Positions 1 through 9,658 are shown, counted from the first letter of the stretch. The stretch is DNA of 57,124 nucleotides from Anaerolineae bacterium (GCA_026129165.1 JAHCIP010000004.1:1-57124), one strand, 5' to 3'. Numbers and translations: made by a program. The notes: generated by a model from the sequence alone, not told the origin.

Positions 1-3000
1 TGATTGACGCGGGGAACCCGAACGACCCGACGCCGCCCGGCGCGGGGCGGGTGGACATTGGCTATGTCGAGACGGGCCAGGCGGCCTACTTCGCCGATGA
101 CAGCTACTGCGCCACCTGTCTCAACGACGGTCTAGAGTGGGGCGTGGACGCCTTCGCCAAGATTCAGGATGCGCTGAACGCCGCCAGGGCGGCCCTGACG
201 GCTCTCAACTGTGGGGCCGGTTCGAGTGGTCTGTGCGCTCTCCAGTTTGTCGTGGGCGTGGGCAGTGGGACCTACAACGAAGCGGTCAGCGTGCCGAGCT
301 ACGTGCGCCTGCTGGGCAGCGGGGCCGATACGACAACCATCAACGCGAACGGGGCCACCAATGCCGTGTCGTTCAACGGTGTCATCCGCGCCGAGTTGAA
401 CGGCTTTACCGTCACCGGCGCCAGTGGCGCGGGCGTCAACGTCGCCAACGGCTCCAATACGGTCACTATCACCCGCAACCTCATCCGCAATAACGGCCAT
501 GGTGTCGCTTTCGGTGGTGGTTCGAGTGGGAATGTCCTGTTCAACACCATCACCGACAATACGGGGGACGGGGTGCGCAGCGACGGCGCGGCCACCTGGC
601 TCAACCTCCGCGACAACCTCATCGTCAACCAGAGCAGCGCGGGTATCCGCAGTCTGAACGGCGGCCAAATCTACAGTGAGTACAACCTGTACAACAACAA
701 CACGGGAGGCAACGCCGTCGGTGTTGCGACGAACCAGTTTACCGACATCCTGAACCAGTCGCCCCAGTTCCAGGCCGCGTCCTATCACCTGCAAGCCACC
801 TCACCGGCCCTGGATAAGGCCGACCCCAACGCGACGGTCCCGGTCGGCGGCGGCACGCGGGCCGATATGGGCTACCAGGAACTCACGGCCACGCCGCTGA
901 TCCTCCTGTTCGGCCAGGAGGGCGTGTCGTGCGCGGTGGGCAACTCAGGCGTCCAGAGCGTCCAGGTCGGGCTGGTGGGACCGCTGGTGGACCTGACCCA
1001 GCCGGTGACATCCACCCTGCCGTCTTCCTGGTCGCCGGCGACGCTGGCGACGGCGGGCCAGACGGCGTCCTACTGGACGCGCAGCGTCACACCCGGCAGC
1101 CAGGGCTACTATCGCGTCTACACCCGCGCCACGGACGCCGCCGGCAACCAGGAGACGAACACCTCGGCCTGGTACGACGGCGCGTTCTACGCTGACGGCA
1201 CAGCGCCCAGCGTGTCGCTGATTACTCCAGCCTCGTCGCTCAGTACGACCCAGGCGGCGGTGGAACTGGTCGGTGAGGTGGCGAACTACACCGACGCCCG
1301 CACCGCGCAGACCGTCTTCTTCGAGCTAGTCCAAGGCCAGACGACGACCACCGTTCCCGCCGACTGGACCACCGTTTCCTTCACCAGCGGCCAGCCGCGC
1401 CGCTTCCGCGCGATGGTCACGCCGGCCGTCGGTGTCTACACCGTCCGCGCCGCCGCGACAGACAAGGCGGGGAACAAGGGAACCAGCGCCGGGCGCAGCC
1501 TGACCATCAACGCGCCCGCGCCTAAGACCCTGACCCCCAGCCATGTCGTGACCTTCATTGATCCGACAGACACTAGCTTTACCAACCAGGCCACGCCCAT
1601 CGTGCGCGGCGCCGTGCGCTTCGCCAGCGCCAATGGGACGGGGAGCGTGGCCGTCCAGGTGAACGGCGGCGCCGTCGTCAACGCGACGCTGGACGACCCG
1701 CTCGCCGCCGTCACCACCTGGTCGGCGCAGGTGTCCCTCAACTCAGGCGCGAATACGGTGAGCGCGACAGCCACCAACGCCAGCGGAACCGGCCCCGCCA
1801 CGACCATCAATGTGACCCGCGAGGGGACAGCGCCTTCGCTCACCCTCCCCACCATCAGCGGCCCCGTCCCAGGCACCGTCACCCTGACCGGGGCAGCCAG
1901 TGACGATGGTAGCGGGTTGGCGAGCGTTGAGGTCAGCTTCGACGGCGGTCAGGTCTGGCTGCTCGCCGACCTGCTACCGGGGGTTGGCGCCACGCCTGGC
2001 ACCTTCCACAGTTGGAGCCTGTACTGGACGGCCCCGCCGTTCATTGAGTACACGACCTACCCGGTGCGCGTCCGCGCGCGCGACAACGCCGGTAACGAGA
2101 ACGTACAGAGCTTGAACCTCGTGGTGGACAATGTACCGCCGACGGGAATCACGCCGGTTACATTTAGCACACCGCCGGGCAACCTCGACCAGCCGCAGAG
2201 CGTGACGGTCAACTGGACCGCGCCGCAGGATCGCGGTGGCTCGCCCACGGTCCTCTTCGACGTGGACCAGGCCAGCAGTACGGTCGCGACGACCAGCGTG
2301 GGCGGCACGAGCGCCAACGCCAATTTCAATGCCAGCGGTCAGTGGTACATCCACCTGAGCGTGAGAGACACGGCCGGCAACCGCCGCGACTTCCACTTTG
2401 GACCGTGGACGGTCGGCAGTTTCGAGAATACAGCCCTCCAGTGCTCCGTGCGTCAGCAGACCATCACGGTGGATGGCTTTGTTGACACGAGTGGCAAGGA
2501 GTGGCGCGACGACCGCGAACGCCTCGACGACGACGAGCGCCTCACCTCCCACTACACCGACCCCCAGACGGAGAGCGTCCTGGCCCAGAAGCAGACACTC
2601 TATGCGACCTGGGACGGCACGGCGTTCTACCTGGGCTGGCAGGGTGCGGCGTGGGCGCTGGACGGGACGCTGTGGGCCTACCTCAGCACGGGCGCGGGTG
2701 GGACGAACCAGCCCATCAGTCCGCTGGTGGTGGGCAACCTCCCCTTCGCCGCTAATCTGGCCGTGAAGGTAGAGAGTCCGTCCAGCGCGACCTACTACAC
2801 CTACACCGGCGGCCAGTGGGTGGCCCTGGGGACGCCGACCTTCGCCAACGGCGACAGCGCCGGTACCGAGGTGATCATCCCCTGGTCCATCGGCTCGGTG
2901 AGTGAAGCGCGGCTGGTCGCCTTCGCGACGGGTGAGGGCAGCAACGACAACCGGCCGTGGGCCGTCTTCCCGACGACCAACCCCGTGGCCGGGCCGTGGA

Positions 3001-5981
3001 CGGCGTACTACGACTGGACCAACCTGTGCGCGACGTTTAGCCCGGCCAGCAACCAGCCCGTCGCCGCGACGGTGGACCTCAGCCTGAGTAGCCCGCAGGA
3101 CAGCAACACCGCCTGGGGGCCGAGCCAGACGCTGAACTACGTCGTTAGCCTCACCAACAAGGAGGACAGCGCGCTGAGCGGCCTCACCCTGAGCGTGGCG
3201 ACGACGACCGGGCTGACGTATCAGTCGGTGACGGGTGGAACCTGCGCGGGCTGTCCCGGCACGAGCTTGTCGGTTGGCCCACTGAGCCTGGCGATTGGCG
3301 AAACCAAGACGGTGACTGTTAGCGGTCAGTTGGGTAACGCCGCCGCGCTCAGCGCCCTGCAAGCGGTGACGACGACCGTCACGCTCGGCGGTGGGGCTAT
3401 TGGCACGGCGAACCTCCATCACCGCGTGGATGGGCAGCCGCCCACGGTGGCCTTCGTCTTCCCAGAGACCACCGTCCGTTCGGGCGCGATTGAGTTCCTG
3501 GGTACGTCGAACGACGGCGCTGGCTCTGGGGTCACGTCGGTGCAACTACGCCCGTTCGGTGGCAGCTTTAGCCCGGCCGCCGGAACAGTGTTCTGGTCGG
3601 GTACGTTGACCGTGCCGAGCGCGGCCGACGGGACGACCTTCTCGGCGGAGGCCCAGGCCACGGACGCGCGTGGCAACACGAGCGCGATTGTGAAGCGTGA
3701 CCTGACGGTGGATAACACGGCTCCGTCCGTCACCTTCAACCTGCCCACCCTCCTGGGCAGCCCGACCTTCGTCCTCAACGGCACGGCCTATGATCCGTTC
3801 CCGGCCGGCGGCAAGGTAGTCAAGGTCGAGGTCCAGGTGTTGGGTCCGAACGATAACGCCTCCACCGCGCCGTGGCTACTGGCAGAGGGGCCGTTCCCAT
3901 CTGCTCTAGATGGCAGCCAGGCCTGGTCGCTCGTGTGGGGCGTGCCAAAGGTCAACGGCGTCGCCTATCAGTGGCGCGCCCGCGCGACGGACGCCGCCGG
4001 TAACGTGAGCCAACCGACGGCCTTCCAGCCAGCGACGGTCTACGCCAGCGCCACAGACCTCCAGATCACCAAGACCGACGGCCAGACCGAGGCCATTCCA
4101 GGCACGGTGATTACCTACACCATCGTCGCGTCCAATAAGGGCCCCAACCCGGTGACGAACGCGCGCATCCAGGACACGGCGCCGGCCAGTCTGGTCAACG
4201 TGCACTGGATATGCGAGGCTGCCACTGACGCCAGTTGCGCTTCCAATATCAGCGGGACAGGCAACATTGATGCTAAAGTCCTGTTGCCCGTCAGCAGGGC
4301 TGTCACCTTCACGGTCAGCGCCCTAATTCCGCCGGCCCTGCGCGGTGGGTTGCAGAATACGGCGACTGTCACGACGCCGGTCGAGTTGAGCGATCGGCTG
4401 GCAATCAACAACAGCGCAACCGATACCAACACGCTTACCCCGCGTACCGACCTGGTCATTACCCAGGTCGCCCAGCCGAACCCAGCGGTGGCGGGCCTGC
4501 CCCTGACCTACACGTTGACGATTACCAACAACGGTCCCTCAACCGCCAACGGTGTCGTCGTCACGGACAGTCTGCCCAGCGGCGTTACCCTGCTGTCTGC
4601 CCCCGGCTGCACCGGTACGACCAATCTGACCTGCGCTCTTGGCACCCTCCAGCCCCATGTGCCCGTTACGATTGCCATCCACGTCTTTGTGGATCCGAGT
4701 CGACGCGGCAGTCTGGTTAACACGGCTGGCGTCAGCGGGACCGAAACCGACCCCGTGCCCGCCAACAACATCAACACCATGACGACGACGGTGATCGCCC
4801 GGTCTGATCTGGTAGTGAGCCAGAGCTTCAGCCCACAGCCGGTGGTCAAGTTCATCCCGTTCACGATGAGCCTCGTCGTTACCAACAACGGTCCCTCGAC
4901 GGCGACGGGCGTCACCCTCATTGATACCCTGCCCGCCCCCATCCAGTTCCAGTCCGTCTCGTCTAGCCAGGGGTCCTGCTCCGGCTCCCCCCTCAGCCAG
5001 ACCGTCACCTGTAACCTGGGCACTCTTGGCGTCGGCGCCAGCGCCACCGTCAGCCTCATCGTAGCGTCGAACCTCGAGGGAACGTTCAACAACCAAATCA
5101 CGGCGTTGGCCGTCGAGCCAGACCCCGTCACCGCCAACAACTCGGCCTCTGGCCCCGTCATCGTCGTCCTGCGTCAGCCTACCGCCACCCCCGTCGGCGC
5201 GGCCACCGTGACGCCCACGCGGACCCCCACCCCCACCCAGACGACCGTGCCCGTCACCCCGACGCCCACCCGCACCCTCGTCCCCAGGCCGCCCGTCAAG
5301 CCCGCCCTCTTCCGCGCGGGTAGCTGGTTCCTCCGCAACACCTTCTCCTCTGGGCCAGCCGATACCGTCGTCAGCTACGGCTTCCCCTCCGACATCCCCC
5401 TCATGTGCGACTGGGATGGCAACGGCACTCGGACGCTGGGCGTCTACCGCCCCGCCACCTCCGCCTTCTACCTGCGCAACTCCACCACCGGCGGCGTCTC
5501 CGACCTCGCCCTCCTCTTCGGGTTGCCGAGCGACATCCCCGTCTGCGGCGACTGGGACGGGGACGGGGTGCAGACGGTGGGCGTGTTCCGCCCCTCGACG
5601 GCGGCGCTGTACCTGCGCAACTCCAACACGAGTGGCCCCGCCGACCTGGTGTTCCTGTATGGCGTGCCAGGCGACGTGTTCGTGGCGGGGGACTGGAACG
5701 GGGACGGGATTGACACGGTGGGGGTGGTACGGGAGACGGGGGACTACCTGGTGTGGTACCTGAAGAACAGCAACAGCAATGGGCCAGCGGACGTGTTCTA
5801 CTTCTACGGGTTGAAGGGGGACGTGCCGAAGGCCGGGGACTGGGACGGGAACGGGAGTGACACGGCGGGGGTGTATCGGAACGGGCTGTGGTACCTGCGT
5901 AACAGCCACAGCGGGGGGATCGCGGACCAGAGCCTCCTCTACGGCGGCGACCTCCTCGACCGCCCCCTCGTCTGGCGCTAG
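1..5981 (+). CDS. Giant secreted/surface protein, 5'-truncated: parallel beta-helix, multiple Ig-like repeats, DOMON/CBM9-like segment, DUF11 domains, Pro/Thr linker, four C-terminal FG-GAP-like (GDWDGDG) repeats
   Basis: The frame of ORF 51..5981 is open back to position 3 (IDAGNPNDPTPPGAGRVDIGY), so the start lies upstream of the window. Motifs seen: N/G-rich beta-helix, repeated 'RATDxAGN...D.TAP' Ig-like ends, 'DL.ITK/YTLTITNNGPS.A.GV...D.LP' DUF11 repeats, TPTPT linker, and 4x 'LRN...G.AD....YG...D.P..GDWDG.G'. Confidence 0.85.
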   Translation, partial: IDAGNPNDPTPPGAGRVDIGYVETGQAAYFADDSYCATCLNDGLEWGVDAFAKIQDALNAARAALTALNCGAGSSGLCALQFVVGVGSGTYNEAVSVPSYVRLLGSGADTTTINANGATNAVSFNGVIRAELNGFTVTGASGAGVNVANGSNTVTITRNLIRNNGHGVAFGGGSSGNVLFNTITDNTGDGVRSDGAATWLNLRDNLIVNQSSAGIRSLNGGQIYSEYNLYNNNTGGNAVGVATNQFTDILNQSPQFQAASYHLQATSPALDKADPNATVPVGGGTRADMGYQELTATPLILLFGQEGVSCAVGNSGVQSVQVGLVGPLVDLTQPVTSTLPSSWSPATLATAGQTASYWTRSVTPGSQGYYRVYTRATDAAGNQETNTSAWYDGAFYADGTAPSVSLITPASSLSTTQAAVELVGEVANYTDARTAQTVFFELVQGQTTTTVPADWTTVSFTSGQPRRFRAMVTPAVGVYTVRAAATDKAGNKGTSAGRSLTINAPAPKTLTPSHVVTFIDPTDTSFTNQATPIVRGAVRFASANGTGSVAVQVNGGAVVNATLDDPLAAVTTWSAQVSLNSGANTVSATATNASGTGPATTINVTREGTAPSLTLPTISGPVPGTVTLTGAASDDGSGLASVEVSFDGGQVWLLADLLPGVGATPGTFHSWSLYWTAPPFIEYTTYPVRVRARDNAGNENVQSLNLVVDNVPPTGITPVTFSTPPGNLDQPQSVTVNWTAPQDRGGSPTVLFDVDQASSTVATTSVGGTSANANFNASGQWYIHLSVRDTAGNRRDFHFGPWTVGSFENTALQCSVRQQTITVDGFVDTSGKEWRDDRERLDDDERLTSHYTDPQTESVLAQKQTLYATWDGTAFYLGWQGAAWALDGTLWAYLSTGAGGTNQPISPLVVGNLPFAANLAVKVESPSSATYYTYTGGQWVALGTPTFANGDSAGTEVIIPWSIGSVSEARLVAFATGEGSNDNRPWAVFPTTNPVAGPWTAYYDWTNLCATFSPASNQPVAATVDLSLSSPQDSNTAWGPSQTLNYVVSLTNKEDSALSGLTLSVATTTGLTYQSVTGGTCAGCPGTSLSVGPLSLAIGETKTVTVSGQLGNAAALSALQAVTTTVTLGGGAIGTANLHHRVDGQPPTVAFVFPETTVRSGAIEFLGTSNDGAGSGVTSVQLRPFGGSFSPAAGTVFWSGTLTVPSAADGTTFSAEAQATDARGNTSAIVKRDLTVDNTAPSVTFNLPTLLGSPTFVLNGTAYDPFPAGGKVVKVEVQVLGPNDNASTAPWLLAEGPFPSALDGSQAWSLVWGVPKVNGVAYQWRARATDAAGNVSQPTAFQPATVYASATDLQITKTDGQTEAIPGTVITYTIVASNKGPNPVTNARIQDTAPASLVNVHWICEAATDASCASNISGTGNIDAKVLLPVSRAVTFTVSALIPPALRGGLQNTATVTTPVELSDRLAINNSATDTNTLTPRTDLVITQVAQPNPAVAGLPLTYTLTITNNGPSTANGVVVTDSLPSGVTLLSAPGCTGTTNLTCALGTLQPHVPVTIAIHVFVDPSRRGSLVNTAGVSGTETDPVPANNINTMTTTVIARSDLVVSQSFSPQPVVKFIPFTMSLVVTNNGPSTATGVTLIDTLPAPIQFQSVSSSQGSCSGSPLSQTVTCNLGTLGVGASATVSLIVASNLEGTFNNQITALAVEPDPVTANNSASGPVIVVLRQPTATPVGAATVTPTRTPTPTQTTVPVTPTPTRTLVPRPPVKPALFRAGSWFLRNTFSSGPADTVVSYGFPSDIPLMCDWDGNGTRTLGVYRPATSAFYLRNSTTGGVSDLALLFGLPSDIPVCGDWDGDGVQTVGVFRPSTAALYLRNSNTSGPADLVFLYGVPGDVFVAGDWNGDGIDTVGVVRETGDYLVWYLKNSNSNGPADVFYFYGLKGDVPKAGDWDGNGSDTAGVYRNGLWYLRNSHSGGIADQSLLYGGDLLDRPLVWR

Positions 5982-6005
5982 ACCTCAGGCTAACGACAAC
6001 AGCCT

Positions 6006-6073
6006 CAGTAGAGGCGCGACAAAGTGCCCCGTACTCGGGGTATGTCGCGCCTCTACTGGGGCTGCGTCTCTAC
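6006..6073. repeat. GTAG-type REP-like palindrome between convergent genes; probable bidirectional terminator
   Basis: CAGTAGAGGCGCGACA (6006-6021) and TGTCGCGCCTCTACTG (6043-6058) form a perfect 16-bp inverted repeat with an inner CCCCG/CGGGG stem. A further half copy, GCGTCTCTAC, ends at 6073. Confidence 0.75.
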
Positions 6074-6103
6074 GATAATTGCGTTTCTATCCCTGTTGCG
6101 TCG

Positions 6104-7813
6104 TTACCGCTGGAGCCAGGCGAGGAAGATGTCCAGGGGCATGGCGTTGAGGACGTGTTTGGGTTCCAGCCAGGCGCGGCGCGCGGTAGACACGGCGAGC
6201 GACATCACCTTCAGCCCGTCGGGATGGTGGGCGTCTGAAGCCAGCGAGATCATCACCCCGCGCTGCATGGCGTAGCGCGCCTGGCCGCCATTGAGGTCCA
6301 TGCGGTCGGCCTGGCCGTTGATTTCCAGCGCCGTGCCCGTCTCGGCGCAGGCATCGACGAGCGCCTCAAAGTCGAGGTCCATGGGAGGACGGCGGTTTAA
6401 GAGGCGGCCAAAGGGGTGGGCGATGATGTCCACGTGGGGGTTGTGGACCGCGTTCAGATACCGTTTCATCAGCGCAGGGCGGTCGGCGCGCTGGCCCGTG
6501 TGGACCGAAGCGACGACAACATCGAGTTGGGCCAGCACGTCGTCGGGCAGGTCGAGCGTGCCGTCGGCCAGGATTTCTAGTTCGATAGACCGCAGTACGC
6601 GGAACGGGGCCAGCCGGTCGTTGACCGCGTCAATCTCGCGCCGCTGTTCGCGCAGCCGTTCCACGTCTAGACCCTGTGTCACGCCCAGCCCCCGCGAGTG
6701 GTCCGTGATGGCAATCCACTCGTAACCTAACGCCTGGGCCGCGCGGGCCATCTCCTCCACCGACCGCGTTCCATCACTCCACGTCGTGTGCATCTGCAAG
6801 TCGCCGCGCACATCGCCCAACTCAATCAGATGGGGCAGGCGTCCCTCGCGGGCGGCTTCCAACTCACCCTCGGCCTCGCGCAGTTCGGGCGGAATCCAGT
6901 CCAGGCCCAGCGCGCGATAGTGCGCCGCCTCGTCGGCATACGGGGTGAGGACGCCATCGCGCGTGATGCCCCACTCGCTGACATGCAGCCCCTGGGCGAC
7001 CGCCGCCGAGCGTAGTTCGACATTGTGCGCCTGGGAGCCAGTGAAGTGTTGGAGCAGCGAGCCCCAACTGGCGGGTGGGAGAACGATCAGGTCTACCGAG
7101 AGATCGCGGTGCAGAATGACCGTCGCCTTGTTCGCGCCGGCCGACTGGACCGAACGCACCTGGGGCAGTTCGGTGAAGAACTGGACGACAGGCGCGGTGT
7201 CGCCAGCCGCGCACAGCAGGTCAATATCCCCCACCGTCTCCTGGCGTCGGCGCAGCGAGCCGCCCATCTCGGCCTGGACAACGCCTGGCGCCTGACGCAG
7301 CGCATCGAGCAGCGTCTCGGCCAGCGGCAGCGCGGTCCCCAGTAAGGTTCGGTCGCCCAGGCTATGGAGGGCCTCAATTCCCTTCAGGATGTTCTGCGCC
7401 GTCTGCGCTCCCAGCCCCTTCACTCCCTTGAGCCGGCCTTCTTTGGCGGCGGCTTCTAACATCGCCAGGTCCGTGATACCCAGTGTCTTCCATAGCAGGT
7501 TTGCCCGCTTCGGCCCCACCCCCGGCACGCGCAGGACTTCAATCAGGCTCGGCGGGACTTCCTGGCGTAACCGTTCGTAGAACTTCAGCGTCCCACTAGA
7601 TAGTAACTCGTCAATTTTGGTGGCGATGGTTTTACCGACGCCGGGCACCTCTTCCAGCCGACCATCGCGCCACAGCGCCTCGACGCTGCCCGGATACTGG
7701 CCTAGCTCGTCGGCGGCGCGGCGGTAAGCCAGGTAGCGGTAGCGGTCCTCCCCCTGGATTTCGAGCATGTCGGCGATGTCGGCAAAGAGTTGGGCGATTT
7801 CGGCGTTGGTCAT
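6104..7813 (-). CDS. polX: DNA polymerase X with PHP domain (PolX)
   Basis: 569 aa. N-terminal 'MTNAEIA..F..IAD.LEI.GE..YR..AYRRAA', HhH motifs, GSLRR..ETVGDID, HFTGS..HN, and a PHP domain (DLQMHTTWSDG, ITDHS, IIAHP, SDAH). Confidence 0.95.
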   Translation of the reverse strand: MTNAEIAQLFADIADMLEIQGEDRYRYLAYRRAADELGQYPGSVEALWRDGRLEEVPGVGKTIATKIDELLSSGTLKFYERLRQEVPPSLIEVLRVPGVGPKRANLLWKTLGITDLAMLEAAAKEGRLKGVKGLGAQTAQNILKGIEALHSLGDRTLLGTALPLAETLLDALRQAPGVVQAEMGGSLRRRQETVGDIDLLCAAGDTAPVVQFFTELPQVRSVQSAGANKATVILHRDLSVDLIVLPPASWGSLLQHFTGSQAHNVELRSAAVAQGLHVSEWGITRDGVLTPYADEAAHYRALGLDWIPPELREAEGELEAAREGRLPHLIELGDVRGDLQMHTTWSDGTRSVEEMARAAQALGYEWIAITDHSRGLGVTQGLDVERLREQRREIDAVNDRLAPFRVLRSIELEILADGTLDLPDDVLAQLDVVVASVHTGQRADRPALMKRYLNAVHNPHVDIIAHPFGRLLNRRPPMDLDFEALVDACAETGTALEINGQADRMDLNGGQARYAMQRGVMISLASDAHHPDGLKVMSLAVSTARRAWLEPKHVLNAMPLDIFLAWLQR

Positions 7814-7902
7814 CGGGCGCGGTCTCCGGAGGGTGAAGGTAGGCTAGCCGTCATGCGCATATGCCAGCCAGGGGTAGAATGAGTATACTATAGGGCAATG
7901 GA

Positions 7903-8277
7903 TTACAGTCGCATCCACTCATCTTCAGGCTGGGGCAGGGTGAAGCCCAGGAGGGCGGCCGGGATTGCCAGGGCCAATTCGTAGATGCCATACCCACTGA
8001 GCAATCCGCCTGCCAGGATGAAGCGGCCGCCCATCTGGTAGTAGCCGCGCAGGAGCATCACGCCACCAATGCCCAGCAGCGCCGCGCCGACCAGGAAGGT
8101 TAGAATCATCAATAGATAGGGGTAAATGTACTGAATCTCCCACGGCCAGTTGTGCATCAGGACGGGCAGGGGCCAACTGAGGGCATGATAGACCGCCAGG
8201 CCGGCGCACGCCAGCGCCAGTAAGGCGGCTAGGATGGCGCGTAGGGGACGCCCTCGCAAACTCAAACGGTTTTGCAT
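7903..8277 (-). CDS. Small integral membrane protein, hypothetical (3-4 TM)
   Basis: 124-aa ORF with hydrophobic segments, GAGGA RBS upstream of the ATG, and it fills the gap between polX and the sigma factor. Confidence 0.6.
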   Translation of the reverse strand: MQNRLSLRGRPLRAILAALLALACAGLAVYHALSWPLPVLMHNWPWEIQYIYPYLLMILTFLVGAALLGIGGVMLLRGYYQMGGRFILAGGLLSGYGIYELALAIPAALLGFTLPQPEDEWMRL

Positions 8278-8319
8278 CGCTCTTGTCCTCTCTACACATA
8301 CGCAGCAGAGGCAATGTTA

Positions 8320-8348
8320 ATTACGATGTGATGCGTGATGCGTAATGC
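8320..8348. repeat. Short heptamer tandem (ATGCGT(G/A)) in the divergent promoter region
   Basis: attacg atgtg atgcgtg atgcgta atgc, with ends ATTACG/CGTAAT complementary. Confidence 0.4.
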
Positions 8349-8441
8349 CTTATCTCTTTTGGGAAAGACTGCGGACGAATGAATAAATCTTCAACTTCTG
8401 GCGTTTCTCCAATAGACAGGTGCGTCACCCCAGGGGACGGC

Positions 8442-9026
8442 ATGACCCACGACGACTTGATAGCTCGCTGCCAGGCGGGAGAGCCGGCGGCTGTCGCCGA
8501 GATGGTGACGGCCTATGCCAGCTTTGTCTACCGCGTCTGCCTGACGGTGTTGCGTCACGCCGAGGACGCCGAGGACGCCATGCAGGAGAGCCTGGTCAAG
8601 GTGGTACGCGGCCTGGGCGGCTACCACCACAAGGACGAGGGCAGCTTCCGCGCCTGGCTGCACCGCATCGCCCTCAACACAGCCATCTCGCGCCTGCGCC
8701 GCCACCAATTGCCGCAGGTGGAATGGGAGGCCATGGAGACGGCCCCCGCGCCCCACGCCGACCCCGAAGATCATGCCCTCCAACGGCTGACCCAGGAAGA
8801 GGTCATGCGCGCGCTGGATCAGTTGAGCGAAGGGCACCGCCTGGTTGTCGTCCTCCGCTACTACAACGGCCTCTCGTGTGAGGAGATTGCCGACCTCCTC
8901 AACCTGCCGCCCGGCACGGTTGGCTCGCGGTTGTTCAATGCGCGGACTCGCCTGCGTGAGCTATTAGCGGACCAGACATGGGAAGACGTGGGAAGACAGG
9001 ACGTGGGAAGGTATAGGCAGCTATGA
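8442..9026 (+). CDS. ECF-type RNA polymerase sigma-70 factor
   Basis: DAEDAMQE, SFRAWLHRIALN (region 2) and LRYYNGLSCEEIADLLNLPPGTVGSRLFNAR (region 4). ATG 8442 follows an AGGGGA RBS; the ORF track starts at 8379. Confidence 0.93.
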   Translation: MTHDDLIARCQAGEPAAVAEMVTAYASFVYRVCLTVLRHAEDAEDAMQESLVKVVRGLGGYHHKDEGSFRAWLHRIALNTAISRLRRHQLPQVEWEAMETAPAPHADPEDHALQRLTQEEVMRALDQLSEGHRLVVVLRYYNGLSCEEIADLLNLPPGTVGSRLFNARTRLRELLADQTWEDVGRQDVGRYRQL

Positions 9027-9595
9027 GTGGAAGGGAGCCGCATCCCATGAGGTGCGACGAGTTTCTCAAGGAATGGTCAACCTATCGTGACGGGTGTGAG
9101 GTTGAGTTGAGCGCCGAAGCGGCCGCCCACGGAGCCGCGTGTCCCGCCTGCGCCGTTGAGATGCGTTGGGCCGACGAGCTTGAACGGATGCTGCGCTTAG
9201 GTCTGGCGCAGCGCGCCAGTCAGGCGCAACCCTCGGCCAGCGCGGTAGCGCAAGCGGTTCTGGCCGCCACAGCCGCCCTGGAGGAGCGCCCTGCCGCTTC
9301 CCGGCCTTCGCCACGCGCCCGGCCCACGCGCTGGAAGTCGGAGCCGCTCCGCTTCGTGCCTCTGGCCCCCCTCAGCCTGGCCCGCTGGGCTGTCGCCGCC
9401 GTATTTATCCTGGCGGTAGGCTTGCTGGGGCGAGGCCAGCCCCTGAACCCGACCCCGACCTACGCCGACATGACCGCGACAGCCGTCGCCCTACCCTCGG
9501 CGACTCCGTCGGCCACTCTCTCTGCCTACGCCCCGGGGACGCCCACGGTGCTGGCAATGGGGCAGGGCGTGGCGACGCCGGGGCCGGCCCGCTAA
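9023..9595 (+). CDS. Zinc-binding (ZAS) membrane anti-sigma factor
   Basis: ATGA overlap with the sigma stop. MRC... followed by HGAACPAC (Hx3Cx2C), one TM helix, and a short Thr/Pro/Ala-rich C-terminal tail. Confidence 0.82.
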   Translation: MSGREPHPMRCDEFLKEWSTYRDGCEVELSAEAAAHGAACPACAVEMRWADELERMLRLGLAQRASQAQPSASAVAQAVLAATAALEERPAASRPSPRARPTRWKSEPLRFVPLAPLSLARWAVAAVFILAVGLLGRGQPLNPTPTYADMTATAVALPSATPSATLSAYAPGTPTVLAMGQGVATPGPAR

Positions 9596-9658
9596 GGACG
9601 GAAGACGAATACATAAGGTAGTTTTTCGACTTGGTCCTCAGTCGTCGGTCCTCCGTCC
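9596..9658. repeat. Inverted heptamer (GACGGAA / CTCCGTC family) array, terminator-like
   Basis: GGACGGAAGACGAA ... CTTGGTC CTCAGTC GTCGGTC CTCCGTC C. Same family as the in-frame inserts at 30590 and 32166. Confidence 0.65.

Noticed and set aside
5280-5981. C-terminal repeats as a diversity-generating retroelement target
   Set aside because: No reverse transcriptase and no template/variable repeat pair differing at adenines in the window.
6760-6810. PolX PHP motif QxH instead of HxH as a sign of inactivation
   Set aside because: As I recall, Gln at this position also occurs in characterised bacterial PolX enzymes. The other PHP ligands and the polymerase aspartates are intact.
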